Notes: generated from the letters alone by a model not told the origin. A stretch of 64,000 nucleotides of DNA from Isurus oxyrinchus (GCA_026770705.1 JANJGN010000025.1:16306001-16370000); one strand, 5' to 3'. Counted from the stretch's first letter, positions 48,667 to 61,379 are shown. Numbers and translations are program-made.

Positions 48667-51081
48667 GTATGCTATCTAGGGGATGCACTGCAGTGTACAG
48701 TGAGAAGCTTTTAACATTATTACAGCCAAATTCAAACTGCATGCTCATCCTCTTACATACTACAGCTCGTCTTACATACTACAGCTCATAGCCATGCTAT
48801 CACTTACTCCTGCAACATCCACTCTGCACAGACAATTAATGTCAAGAGCAGCATTTACAAAGAATAACAACCCTTCCCATTTCTCAGCTCTTCATTTTTC
48901 AGGTTCGGCATGTCCATAGCATGAACTTCACCCAGTGCGTGACGTATGGGAGCTTCACTGAACACTGGCACGAAACCTTCTACAACATGTTCACCTTCAT
49001 CACCCTGTATGTCACACCTCTCACTGTCATGGTCATCTGTTACAGCAGGATTCTGTGGGAAATCAGAAAGCAGATGAACGGAAATAGAGGTGAGGTTTGA
49101 GTGTGTGCTCCATGGCTGTGCAGCTTTCTGTCTTCTCTGATTGTGTTTTATAACTTTAGTGCTACAGGCATGCAATTCTATGGATGAGGGGCAATTTAAG
49201 GGGAGTGCGCCAACAATTTCCGAATATGTGCCCATGGCATGCAAAGCTTTAACTTCAAGCACACCTCTATTAACCATGCCCTTGTATGTTGCTTTCTTAG
49301 GTGCCAGCCGTAGGCTAGCTAGCAGCACTGTTGTCTCTGGGTCAGGTTGTGGGTTCAAGTCCCAGCGCAGGACCTGATTACAAAAATCTAGGCTGATACT
49401 CCAGGCCGCGCTAACTTTCAGGTGAGGTGTTAAGCTAAGGCCCCCTGAAGAAGACATAAAAGGAACCCGGCATTATTTCAAACAAAAGCGGGGGTGGGGG
49501 GGTGGGGGGGGTGGTTGGTTTACCTCTGCTGTCCTGGCCAACACTTATTTGTCAATCAATATCTCAAAAAACTGGTTATTATCCCGTTGCTATTTGTGAG
49601 AGCTTGTTGTCATAGAATCAGAGTTATGCAGCACAGATTCAGGCCCTTTGACCCATTGCCGAATTTTATGTGCAAAATTGTTTTTCTTTTCTTTATTCAT
49701 TCATGGGATGTGGGTGTCGCTGACAAAGCCAACATTTGTTGCCAATCCCTATCTGCCCTTGAACTAAACATTTCAGAGGACAGTTAATAATCAACCACAT
49801 TGCTGTAGGTCTGGAATCACACGTAGGCCAAACCTGGTATGTCTACCAAGGATGATAGATTTCTTTCCCTAAAGGACACAAGTGAACCAGATGGGTCTTT
49901 ATGACAATCAATGATAGTTTCATGGTCCCCATTACTGAGACTAGCTTTATTAATTGAATTTAAGCTCCACCAGCTGCCACTTGAACCATTGCCCCCTAAA
50001 GCATTAGCTAAGGCCTTTGAATTACAGTGGCATTACCACTATGCCACGTCTTCATGACGACAGTGACTACACTAATAAAAGTACTTCATTGGCATCCTAA
50101 AGTTGCAAATCTTTCTTTTTCTATTATATGTTGCTTATCTGCTTGTCTCAAGCTGCATTTTCTATACTGTGGGGCAGAGAATGCAGTCCTAGTAAAAAAC
50201 CATTAGGCCCATTGCTCCTCAGGGCTGCATGCACCAACACCCAAATGAGCTGATCTCATAGACCGATGTATAGTAAGCTCATTTAAATATCCCTGTAGTG
50301 CTTCCAGCAGATAGAAAGCTAGGAGCACCGTAGGAGTCAGAGGCCAGTGTTTTGGGTGCCAGAGGCAGTGATAGGATGCTGAATGCTCTTGGAATGCCAT
50401 TACTGTCTGTTATTCTACTGCAACAGGGCCCTTTCATGGATTGGCTGTCAGGCACCAACTGAAAGAAAGATCAGTGAGAAAGAATAGTCCTTTAATAAGG
50501 AAATATAAAACTGTTCATGCAGATTGGGTGAAAGGCCAGTATTTAATGCACTGTAATTGCTCAGGAAATCAGTGGGTTAACATTAACTATAGTGTATGAC
50601 CTCATTGCAACCGTTATCAGTTTGTATGGGCTCAGGCACTTACAGTGAGATTTATTTTGCAGCAAGAACACAAAATGATTACATAACAAGGGCACGAATG
50701 AAAACTCTTAAACTGACCATCATCATTGTTGCATCCTTCATCATCTGCTGGACACCATATTACCTCCTCGGACTGTGGTACTGGTTCAAGCCAGACATAC
50801 TGAAGAATGTGCCAGAATACGTCAATCACATGCTGTTTTTATTTGCCTTGCTGCATACCTGCTCTGATCCTCTCATATATGGATTCTACACGCCTTCCTT
50901 CAGAAAGGATATCATGACATGTTGGAGAGGAGCAGGAACAGAGGTCACAGGGCGTGAAGTGAAACACGGTGGAAAACCAGCCACTGTCAAATCTCTACGA
51001 GGTGATATAAATGGCAAGGTTCTTAATCACATTCAGATGGTGTCTGTTGTCCCCAACAGAATGGCACAATCTGCCTTTTAA
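48148..51081 (+). CDS. GNRHR: Gonadotropin-releasing hormone receptor (class A GPCR, C-tailed non-mammalian/type II-like, PEY motif); spliced join(48148..48666,48888..49089,50663..51081), 379 aa
   Basis: The three exons join in frame (519+202+419=1140 nt) with GT..AG introns in phases 0 and 1, the canonical GnRHR positions. Motifs: PTFT..ARARV before TM1, SLTIADL (TM2), WNITIQWYAGDIACK, KLFAMY, VISLDRH, FTQCVTYGSF, FYNMFTF, RARMKTLKLT, CWTPYYLLGLWYWF, PEY, DPLIYG. Confidence 0.95.
48751..48787. repeat. 19-bp tandem duplication in GnRHR intron 1
   Basis: tcttacatactacagctc twice. Confidence 0.9.
48888..49089 (+). CDS. GNRHR: GnRHR coding exon 2 (LFIFQVRHVHSMNFTQCVTYGSF...ILWEIRKQMNGNR; ECL2-TM5)
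   Basis: Acceptor cccttcccatttctcAG at 48886-87; donor AGAG|GTGAGG at 49090. Not in the ORF track; translated by hand. Confidence 0.93.
49303..50120 (+). mobile_element. tRNA-derived Deu-domain SINE (AmnSINE1/SacSINE1-like), interrupted
   Basis: B-box-like ggttcaagtcc; Deu-like tgtcctggccaa..ttat, ttgct.tttgtg.gagcttg; tail acagtgactacact...aaagtacttcattgg. Confidence 0.7.
49685..50045 (-). mobile_element. Same CR1-tailed SINE, nested in a Deu-SINE in GnRHR intron 2
   Basis: Contains the reverse complement of the 8852..8997 core (tcaaccacattgctgt.ggtctgga.tcaca.gtaggcca). Confidence 0.75.
50663..51081 (+). CDS. GNRHR: GnRHR coding exon 3 (ICL3, TM6, TM7, cytoplasmic tail, stop TAA)
   Basis: Acceptor ttattttgcAG at 50661-62 is phase-1 compatible (G+CA=Ala); ORF 50596..51081 carries CWTPYY and DPLIYGFY. 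Confidence 0.9.
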
Positions 51082-51109
51082 ATGAAGCCTTAATTAAGTT
51101 ACATTATTT

Positions 51110-51475
51110 GGTTGTGGGCTCAAGTCCCTCTCTAGGATTTGGGCACATCAATTAGGCTAACATTTTCATGCTGTATTGTTGGAAAAATTGTCCTTCAAGT
51201 GAGGCTCCCTCTCTCTGTGCTAGTGGTTCAGTGAGCATTGCAGATGACATGGCACAATTCAAGAAAGAGAAAGGAGCTTTGCTGATGTCCTGAGCAGCAC
51301 TCCTCCCTCAACCAACACTACCAAGAGAGATAAACTGGTCAGCGCTATGCTTGCTGTTTGTGGAATGGCTGCCATGTTTGTCTCCATTACAAAAGTTAGT
51401 GCACCCCCTTGTTTGTGAAGCACTTTGAATTTTAAGAGAGCAGACATTAAGCACTGTATAAATGCAAGATTTTCA
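51110..51475 (+). mobile_element. Deu-domain SINE starting ~30 nt after the GnRHR stop codon
   Basis: gttgtgggctcaagtccc head, ttgctgtttgtgg..tggctgccatgtt, tataaatgcaag tail. Confidence 0.65.
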
Positions 51476-51570
51476 CTTAATGAAGTTGTATTTGTGTGAA
51501 CTGTTGAAATTGTGTTTCTGAAGTACAAGAAACAAGTTACCATCTACAGTGGTGTCTTGTATCAGTAACT

Positions 51571-52903
51571 TATCATACATACCCCGGTAAAAATCGAATT
51601 TTTGAGACAAATCTTTTAGGCAAAAGTTAAGGGTTCAGCTTTAACATGAGTAATATTTTCAAGGGATTTACATGTGTGCTTGATTTGGGCCCATTCTGCA
51701 CATGGATTGGCTATCCAGGTGGCCTGTGGCTATGACACAGGTGGGCATACGCTGGCAAGGACCAATCTGCTGCAGTCGGTCAAGTTGTGCTGTTTAATTC
51801 CAGGCCCCGGTGCAATGGGCTGAGATCAGCAGAATGCTCAGTCACAGTTGTGCCTCCTCCGGTGGTGGCGGGGTCAGGGGGCACTGTGATTTGGGCTGTC
51901 TGCAATGGCGATGTTAGCGGAGCATTTGTTCAAGCAGCTCCTGTTGGACAAGCAGGTGGACAGCAGGGCTTTCCTGGGCAGTATCTCCTACATGCTGCTT
52001 TTTTTTTTTGCTGAGATGGGGGGAAGACCATCGCCCTTGACATTCAATGGCATTACCATCACTGAATCCCCCATCTATCAACATCCTGGGGGTTCCCATT
52101 GACCAGAAACTGAACTGGATGAGCATATAAATACTGTGGCTACAAGAGCAGGTCAGAAGCTGGGAATCCTGCAGCGAGTAACCCACCTCCTGACTCTCCA
52201 AAGCCTGGCCACAATCTATAAGGCACAAGTCAGGAGTGTGATGGAATACTCTCCATCCTGCCTGGAAGAGTGTAGCTCCAACAATACTCAAGAAGATTGA
52301 CACCATCCAGGCCAAAGCAGCCTGCTTGATTGGCACCTGATCCATGAACATTCACTCTCTCCACCACCGACGCACAGTAGCAGCAGTGTGTGCACCATCT
52401 ACAAGATACACTGCAGAAACTCGCCAAGGCTCCTTAGACAGTACCTTCCAAACCCACGACCGCCATCAGTTAGAAGGACAAGGGCAGCAGACACATGGAA
52501 ACACCACCACCTGGAAGTTCCCCTCCAAGCCACTCACCATCCTGACTTGGAAATATATCGCCGTTCCTTCACTGTCGCTGGGTCAAAATCCTGGAACTCC
52601 CTCCCTAACAGCACTGTGGGTGTACCAACACCATGCGGACTGCAGCGGTTCAAGAAGGCAACTCACCACCACCTTTTTCAAAAGCAATTAGGGATGGGCA
52701 ATAAATATTGGCCTAGCCAGCAAAGCCCACATACCTTCAATGAATAAAAAAAAACCGGGAGGGGAATAGGGAAGCCGATCGGTTTTGAGCCTTGAAAAAC
52801 TAAGGGCATCTTTTACGAGGTCTATGAAAAGTTACAAAATTTTAAACCAAATATGATTGATTGACTTTTACACGAGATCGACTTTTCTAGGGTATATACG
52901 GTG
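51571..52903. mobile_element. Non-autonomous Tc1/mariner-superfamily-like DNA transposon remnant carrying a LINE insertion
   Basis: Decayed TIRs tatcatacataccc...aaatcga / tcgacttt..tagggtatatacggtg. Confidence 0.55.
52025..52754 (+). mobile_element. 3' part of the second CR1-type family, nested in a Tc1/mariner-type element
   Basis: LTFNGITITESP..., same tail, ends aataaaaaaaaa. Confidence 0.88.
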
Positions 52904-53289
52904 CATGTTGCAGGCTATTGTTGAATGAAAACTCTTTGCATTAATAATATGTCACCTTGATATTGAAAACTGCTTTTTTGTGGAAGATAATTTTCATGCA
53001 TATGACCCATCATTTAAATAATAATCAATGTCAACTTTCTCAGAAATAAAAATAAATTCATGCATAATAACCTTTCCATGAATAATGCACATTTTTAAAA
53101 TCAGAAGTTGATCCCTTTACTGTATCCAGCAAAGAAAATGGGAGCTGTGTCACAATGCTATCTCCCAGCACAAGATTTAGTTACATTTGTGATGGGAAAG
53201 AAGGCTTGCGACACAGCTGCACAGCCCATGCTGGATCTAACATTAAATATATTGCATTGTAAACATTCTCCACGGGATGACCAGCAAAA

Positions 53290-53915
53290 TCAAATAGCAT
53301 TCATGTAGCACCTCTAATGTGGTAAAACATCCCAAGGCACCTCACAGGAGCATTCTCAGGATAAAATTTGATGCTAAGGCACATAAGGTTTCATGGAGCA
53401 TCTTAAAGGAGGGAAGGAGGGTAGAGAGGCAGAGAAGTTTAGGGAGGGAATTCCAGAGCTTAGGGCCTTGGCAGCTGGAGGCACGGCCACCAATAATGAT
53501 ATACAAGAGACCAGAAGAAAAGAACAGATATATTAGAGAATTGTAGGGCTGGAAGAGGTTAGAAACATAGGGAGGGGTGATTTGAAACCAAGGATGAGAA
53601 TTGTAAAATTGAGGCATTGTTTAATCAAAAGCCGATGTGGTCAGTGAGCACAAAGGTGAATGGGACTTGATGCGAGTTTGGATGCAGACAGCAAAGTTTT
53701 GGACGAGCTTTAAGTTTAGGCAGGGTGGAAGATAGGGGACTGGACAGGAGTGTATTGGAATAATCAAATCCAGAGGTAACAAAGGTATGGTTGAGAGCTT
53801 CAGCAGAAAACAAACTGAGGCAGGGACATAAGGAGATGTAATGGAGGTGGAAATAAGCTGTCTTAGTGATGATGGGAGTAAGTGGTCAGAAGCTCATCCT
53901 AGGCTCAAATATAAA
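53290..53915 (-). mobile_element. L2-type LINE 3' region
   Basis: AE.L.HTFVTS..DYSN.LL..., GGRA.SC.GPKLWNSLP..L....LPSFK..L. Confidence 0.78.
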
Positions 53916-55136
53916 ACATGCATGCACAGATCCCTAACACATTGTAAGTATACATATAGATTTATTTGCTCATATAGTCACATATTCTCAGATATTTCAC
54001 TCACTCATTCATCCATCCATCCACTCTCACCATAGATCTAAACTTGTTTTCATCTTAGAAAAGTTTGGCTGATATGGTTCAGCTCTGTCAATATTGCAGA
54101 GGGGACCTCAAACAGACACAGGCTTCTTTGCAAAGGTGTTAATGCCCATTTCAAGCATCAACTCTGGAGGCCCTTTCTTTGGCTACTCACCTCATAATGA
54201 GCATGAGCTTCTTCCCACCATATTGGAGGGCCAGGTGTCGATTTAACAACCAAAATGTGGGTGTGGTGTCATCAAATCTTTAGGCCAAAGTGCCAAGTTT
54301 CTTTACTTTAGCCAAGCATAGTTCAACTGGTTTTATCCTCTCAAGTGAATAATATCATAGGCATAGCTTTGTTACTGATAGTATATTTGGTTTGTTCCTT
54401 ACTGTAAGATGAAAAGATTAAACACGTCAGTATAATGAAACAGTTATTTCACTGAGTGAGCAATTGGTGAAAATACATATGAGCAAGATTAACTCGAAGA
54501 TAACACTGAATAATATTAACAGTATGAGTTATAGTGAAATGCAGGTAGACTTGATACTCAGCTGTGCCTGAACCTCGTGCTCATTATAAAACCAGCAGAG
54601 GTTAACCCCTTAATACATAAATGGTTTTTGCAGTGATATGGTTGCTCACTTGTTTGTGCCAACTTCCAGTACAGGTGTCCTGGCCTTCTTCATGTTGCTG
54701 ATGAATGGTGCAACTCTGCAATCTTTGCACTGCTCTCTAAGCGGGTATTGAAACTCCAGAACAGTGTGGAATGCAAATGGCATCTGTGGTTGCTGCTTCC
54801 TCTGTGAAAAAGTGGGAAGTGAATCATGTGGCGATGAATGGGATTATATGGGAAAACGTGATGGAACCTGGAATGTGGACATGAGAACCCACTGGATACA
54901 AGAGTTAAGCACCAGAATCTCATAGGAATCTTCAGGCCAAGTAATAGTACACGCGGCCCCTTTCACTTATTGTGGCTGGGAACTTCTGTACAGTATCAGC
55001 CAGTCTGAAAACATGAAATAAAAACAGGAGACGATGGAAACATACAACAGGTTGGGCAAATGACTGTAAAGAAAGAAGATGGTTTAACATTTTACATGTA
55101 GATGCTTCATCAGAACTGCTCTAAGTGTTTACACCT

Positions 55137-56008
55137 TGTTATGACCGTGATGAGGAGGGATAAAAATTGACTCCCCTAATTTACCACTCCAAGTCTGCTG
55201 TAGCAGGAGTTTGATGTGCATTTGCCAATACCACAGGAGTCCCACAGTGCACACTTGCAGAGTATAAAGAATTAATTCAGACAGGTTTTCTCAATCTAGA
55301 TCAAAGAACGAGATAAGTTTATTGAAACTACTTCCCAAATTTAAAAAAAACTAGGTAAATCACGACTACCAATCATACACACACACTAATACAGATGGTA
55401 GAAGAACAGGATAGACTTAAAGATATTTTATAGTTCATGAAGAGTATAAACAAAGGAATATGTGGTTAATTGTCTTTTGGCTGGTCTTGATGCTGTAATT
55501 TCATGTTGCAGCCATTTTGTTCAGTTGTCTCCAGGAGATTTCCACGTTTTATTCCCAAATGAGAGTGGGTGAGAGAGAGAGAGATAGCTCTTCCAGCCTT
55601 TCAGTATCTCCTTCCAATCTCTCCTCTGACTTGGTAAAAAATAAAGATCTTAAAAAGCCTTGCTGGCTATATGTTCTGGAGGATTTTGATTACCATGTCT
55701 GAAGTTATTGTGTTGTAGAACATGTAATTACATTTTTGATGCCTCATCTCAGAAACCTTTGAAGAGTAATAGTGTAAAATCCAACAGGAAATGGGGTTTT
55801 TCATGTTCCATGTGTGTGTTTGGGGGTGGGGGGGGGGGGGCATGGTTTAGAGCCTGTTCCTTTTCCTCCCACTTGGGGTGGAATGCAATTTGGCTGGTTA
55901 GCAGTCTTTTCATTGTCTTAATGGGATCACAGTTTATTAAAAATCTAGCCAGAAAAAAGGCATTAGAAATTGTATTGTTTTCTTTACAAAAAACACACCC
56001 TTGTAACA
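55137..56008. mobile_element. Probable solo LTR
   Basis: TGTTA...TAACA inverted termini; flanks acct/acat; style similar to the 31370 LTR. Confidence 0.5.
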
Positions 56009-56024
56009 ACATGAATTATTAATA

Positions 56025-56260
56025 GTCATAGAGTACTGATGGAGGAGGCCATTCAGTCCATCAGGTCCATGCCAGTTCTCTGTACAGCAATCCAATATGT
56101 CCCATTCCCCTGTTTTATCCCTGTGATCCTGCAAATTTATTTCCCTCAAGTGCCCATCCAATTTTCTTTTTCAATCATTGATCACCTCCACTTCCAGCAC
56201 CCTCCTCGGCAGTGAGTTCCAGATCATTACCACTCACTGCACGAGTAAGTTCTTCCCCTC
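56025..56260 (-). mobile_element. CR1 3' fragment
   Basis: ggaggccattcagtccatc...ggcagtgagttccagatc.ttaccactc, reverse complement of the CR1 tail. Confidence 0.7.
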
Positions 56261-56789
56261 CTCTTCTCCAGTGATGCATAGTTCCATCGTTTTCTGCAGT
56301 TATTTTTAAAATCTCTGCGGAAGGTTTATCAGGGAACGTGGAAAGGCAAAATAATTGCCATGAAACTTTTGCATCAAGGTGTTCTCAATCCAACTTGAAC
56401 TTTCATTTGGACCGTGATAAGAAGCAGTATCAATACTGGACTTGTGCATTCCTCCATATAAACATGATAAATCTGCCCTGCAAGGCTTCTAAAGCTCAGG
56501 AGCAAGTCCAGCGTCTAAGTGTGTAATGCATTGTCATTTGAAGGAAAAATAATTTTTTCACAGCTGTCACAGGACAGCTTAAATAAAATGTTGCAATATA
56601 ATTTCTCCATGTCACTACTATTAACTATAGCAAAGTGCCACCACATTACTAGATTTCCCACTGCCTTACTCTCCAGTCAAACGTTCAGGACTAAGTTGCA
56701 ATAAGAGCAACTCATTAAACTAATAAATACGTATTCCGAAACATTTTTATTTACAGGAATACATTATAAAATATTCAGAAATATGAGCG

Positions 56790-57300
56790 TTGTAGGCTAG
56801 GCCAGCTTTTATTGCCCATACCTAATTGCCCTTGGAGAAGGTGGTGGTGAGGTGCCTTCTTGAACCATTGTTGTCCATATGTTATAGGAAAACCCACAGT
56901 GCTATTAGCAAGGGAACTACAGGATTTTTGACCCAGTGATAGGGAAGGAACAGCGATATATTTACAAGGATGGTGTGTGGCTTGGAGGGGAACTTGCAGC
57001 TGGTTGTGTTCCCATCTGTCTGCTGCCCTTGTCCTTCTAGGTGGTAGAGGTCACGAGTTTGGACGGTGCTGTTGAAGGAGCCTTAGTGAGTTGCTACGAT
57101 GCATCTTGTCGAAGTATGGCTGCCACTGTGTGTCATTTGTGGACCTAGTGAATGTTTAAGGCAGTGGATGCGGTTCCAATCAGGTGGGCTGCTTTGTCCT
57201 GGATTGTGAAATAGTCAACAAACATTCCCGTATCTGACTTTATGATGGAAGGAAAGTCATTGATGAAGCAGCTAAAGATGGTTGGGCCTGGAATACTATA
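56790..57300 (-). mobile_element. Second CR1-type family fragment with an internal deletion
   Basis: Colinear with 17100..17515, then jumps to 17975..18040. Confidence 0.8.
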
Positions 57301-57383
57301 CCCTAAAAACACCAAGCAACTTCAGATTACTGTTAGCAGAAGCAGTCATACTAAATAATTAACATTTGGTACAGTTAATATTC

Positions 57384-57409
57384 TATATATATATATATAT
57401 ATATATATT

Positions 57410-57440
<31 letters not shown>

Positions 57441-57442
57441 CA
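57384..57442. repeat. Compound (TA)n(CA)n microsatellite
   Basis: Directly visible. Confidence 0.95.
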
Positions 57443-57479
57443 CCATATCTAAGAGTAAAAATATTCCCTGTGGTTATGG

Positions 57480-57770
57480 ATTGTAGATGAGATGTTAACC
57501 ATGAGGCCCTGTCTGCCCTCTCAGGTGGATGTAAAAGATCAAAAAAAGACAGGAGCATTCTCCTCCAGCACCCTTCCACTTCCCTCAACCAAAATGATTA
57601 AAACTGATTATCACTATCACACAGTTGTTTGGGGAAGCTTGCTGTGTCCAAATTTATTGCTGTTTTTCCTACGTTACAAAAGTGACTACACTTTAAACAT
57701 ATTTCATCTGTTATAAAGCACAGATGTCCTGAGATTGTGAAAGATGCTATATGAATCCAGATTCTTTCTT
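57480..57770 (+). mobile_element. Deu-domain SINE 3' part
   Basis: gatgagatgttaacc..gaggccctgtctgccctctcaggtggatgtaaaagatc...agtgactacact. Confidence 0.72.
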
Positions 57771-59339
57771 CTTAATTCTTATCTAGAATAAAAACTAGCA
57801 AATACTATTTATGACATGGGACAAAATACAACATAAACAATAAAAAAACAAATAGATTTTAGTTTGAGCTTTGAGGTCCAAACAAAAATTTCTTTCACTT
57901 TGAGAGTTGAGGAGCTGGATCTCGTGGTAATCTCCAGATGAGAATATTAATCAGATGTTGCTGTAAAAATCAGCAGCTCTCATTCCGATTGATCATTCAG
58001 TTTCCTTGATGTGAAACTTACTGTTTATTGTTTTCACTGCTTCCTTCCATAAACAGATCCTTTCACAAAATTGTAGTGGGTTTCTTCAAATAGCCACCGT
58101 AATGCACCCTCCCCAACGCCACCACTCCCCCAACCACCCGATCCTTCCTCTCCAAACTACCGCCCTTTAGAAGACAGGATTTCTAGTTTGTATCAGAAAG
58201 TTAAGCTTTGATCAAAGCTTAGGGAAGACTGGATCTCTGACCACTTTGTAACTCTTTGCGGAAGTTTCTGACCTGGCTTAGACTTACACTCCAATCACGG
58301 CTTAGGGTCAAGTTTGGCCTTTTGTTCCAGGTGTGTATCCTTCTCTGGTACTAGGTTCATTACAGTTTACTGAAGGTTTATGTCAGTTTTACAGGATGAC
58401 AGAAAGGGGATACACTATGTGTTTTTTTTTCCCAGTGGTTGATTAGAAAGGTAACGAAGATGTGAATGTTTGAAAGAGCCAAGAAGGATGTCTCAAGGCT
58501 GCTAGAAAAGCTGGTTAATTCTGATTTATAAGTGAACAAACAGTGCAGAATTTGCTTTAAGCTTTACAACTTCATGAAATATCTTTATATAATTGGTCCA
58601 TTACAATTTAAAGTGCATTTACATTGAGTTATGACTGTAATCAAAGGTATAATGATATTGATTGCTGTTGCTGCCGTGCAAAAAGGAGACAGCATCTGGA
58701 GGGCCGAGAATGACCTCATCAGACAGAGAAATAGGCAGTACTGTAGTGTAGTAAAGGAGGCAGCTAACCAACCCTGAGCACTGACTAAAGAAGAAGCTCT
58801 TCCATGACTCCTGCTCCTCCTTACATCCCCTGTTGCAGCAGAACTTCCAGCCAACCAGATGCACAAGAGACACAGACACAACCTCCCGAGGAGGATGACA
58901 GTAAGCCCCCACAACAATAAAACTGAAATTGCTCTTGATCCTTGAAAGCAGTCAAGCTAAATCTATCGGGTTTGTTTTTGTTAAAACTGCAGGCAAAGGA
59001 ACATCATATGAATGTTACCAATTACAATGAGAGCACAATGTGATTTCTAATCTTAGTCTTAGAATCTGCACTATTCAAGTCTGACAAGTTGCATTACACA
59101 GGATCCATCAGCAGTCCAGCAGTACAAGAACATTTTCTCACTAAAGGAGTTGATAATCAATACCTCTCCTTGTAAACTCCAATCGCAGTTTTAACCAGCT
59201 CTTGTTTAAAGGAGGTAATTGACACACCACTAATCTTTGGAGCAAATGCTACATAATTATTAATGGAAAATGTCCATTTCCAAGAATGAAAACTTACTGC
59301 ACTATCGAATGAAGAATTTTCTTAACAGACAGAGGTGCA

Positions 59340-60420
59340 GTTTTTATCTATCTTAAGTCCACTGACTCCCACAGTTACCTTGATTACACTTACAGCTCAT
59401 TTTCTCTCCAGACTTCATTCCATTCTCCTAGTTTCTCGACCTCCATCACATCTGTTCTGATGATGCCGCCTTCCACTTGAATGTTACTGATATATCTTCC
59501 TTTTTCTTCAAACAAGGAATCCTCCCCATCATGGTCGACAGGGCCCTCAACCACATCCATCCCATCTTCCACACTTCTGCTTTCCCCACTTCCCCTACCT
59601 CCAATAGCTTTCGTCTCTGCCTTTTCTTCCACCCACCAGCCCCCAAATTCAATGGATCAGCTTCCATCATTTCCAGCATTTCTGGTGCAACATCACCACA
59701 AAACACATCTGCCCCTCCCCTCCCCTCCGTGTTCCAAAGGGACTATTGCCTCTGCAGTATCCCACTCCTCAGTAACCCCCAACGACCCCATCCCTTTCCA
59801 ACTCCCCATGCAAGAACAGGAGATGCAAAATATATTCTTTCATCTCCTTCCTTCCCACCATTCAGGACCCCAAACACAACTTCCAGATGATTTATTTGTA
59901 CTTTCAATATAGTATATTGTATCTGTTGCAGGTGATGCAATCTCCTCTCCATTGGAGGAAACAAAGCTTAGGCTACTGCTTTGCTAAATACCTCCATTTA
60001 GTCTGCAAGTATGACCCTGAACTTCTGCTTGCATGCCATTTCAATTCACTCTGACACTTTGATGCCTTTGCTTCAGCCTCCTACATTTTCCTTTCAGCTT
60101 CATTGGAACACTTAAGGAACAGCTGCTCCTTTCAAATATCTACTTTACAGTTTTCCAGGCTTAACTTCTAGTTCAGTGACTTCAGATCATAACCACTGCT
60201 TGCATAATTTTCAGACAGCAGGTGCTGATAGTGTTTCTGCTGTTGCCATTTACACCTCTAGACCATCTTTAATTTCTTCACATGCCCCATTACTATCCCT
60301 TTTTGCCCTGCTCCACCATCCCTTGTGTCATTTAAATCACACCTGCATTCCAGCCTTTCATATATTTTCCACTTTTGTTCTTGTCTCCTCCCCGTTCCCA
60401 ATCTCTGTACTTTATAATAT
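59340..60420 (+). mobile_element. Older Penelope-like fragment
   Basis: SSFFFKQG.....VDRAL, colinear with 63150..63570. Confidence 0.75.
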
Positions 60421-60429
60421 TAAAAGTAG

Positions 60430-60566
60430 AGAGTCACAGAGATCTACAACACTGAAAAAGGCCCTTCAGCTCATCAAGTCTGCACTGGTCAAACAAGTAC
60501 CTAACTATTCTAATCCAATTTTACAGCACTAGGCCCATTGCCTTGTATGCCATGGCATCGCAAGTG
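60430..60566 (-). mobile_element. CR1 3' tail fragment
   Basis: Reverse complement of 6030..6165. Confidence 0.7.
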
Positions 60567-61009
60567 GTAGGTAAAATAGGTATAGGCATGTGCTGTAGAT
60601 AGTGGTTCAGTAAGATGAGGCCATGAACATGGGGTTAAATTCAGAAGCATCTGCTTTTGAAGTTTGCCACCTCAAATGCAGCACTCCTGACCTATACATA
60701 AATGAAGAAGTCTGAGGAGGGACAGATGTTAGGCCTCAGATTTCAACATCAGGAAGCCTGCACTGCAGGTAGAAGGCAGCAGTGGGATCCATCCTCCAGG
60801 TTTGGACTGCCAACGCAGCAACTTACAGGCAAGTAAATCAGGGGCCTTGCTTTTGGAGGTTGAGAGTTCTGTCAGGCCTCGGTGAAGGAAAAGGACAAGC
60901 ACATGAGGCCCGCCAGCAGCAGGATAGAATTGCCAAAGGTGGGAGATTGGAAACAGACAGGACTTCTTAATTTGAAGAGTTGCCTACATTTAAAGGGATC
61001 AGCATACAA

Positions 61010-61379
61010 AGGGAATGTAAATTTTATATTGTATCACTAGGCTTTTCATTTTAACTCTTCTAACAATAATATCCTTTCATTCCACCAATTTTATTAGTTA
61101 AAAACATAAACACATTGCTTGGTGTCTTCCAGCTAGGTACAAGATTTCACCCATTCTTTTGAAATGCAAATTGCCCCCTTGACACCTACTTTTCTAAATT
61201 TCCCCATGTTTATCTAATTACCATTTCAAACCTATTTGTTCTACATATCAAAGTCTCTAGACCAGCTGGCTTTAATCCAATTAAAACACACGCATACACA
61301 CACAGGCACAGATACCACTAAACTTTATTTTTAAAAATAATTTCTAATAACATTATAGACATTAATTTCTTCTTGACAA
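61010..61379 (-). mobile_element. Partial LTR of the same family
   Basis: Shares aatg.aaattt..attgtatcacta and cagataccactaaac...tgaca with 31830-31857 and 37290-37361. Confidence 0.65.

Noticed and set aside
49303-49375. tRNA-like sequence with a B-box
   Set aside because: It is the SINE head; no complete cloverleaf.
48855-49457. 200-aa antisense ORF over GnRHR exon 2
   Set aside because: Shadow of the sense exon plus SINE sequence; no independent support.
58585-58917. 110-aa ORF with a signal-peptide-like start
   Set aside because: Non-ATG start, no family motifs, no supporting exons; cannot be supported without a search.
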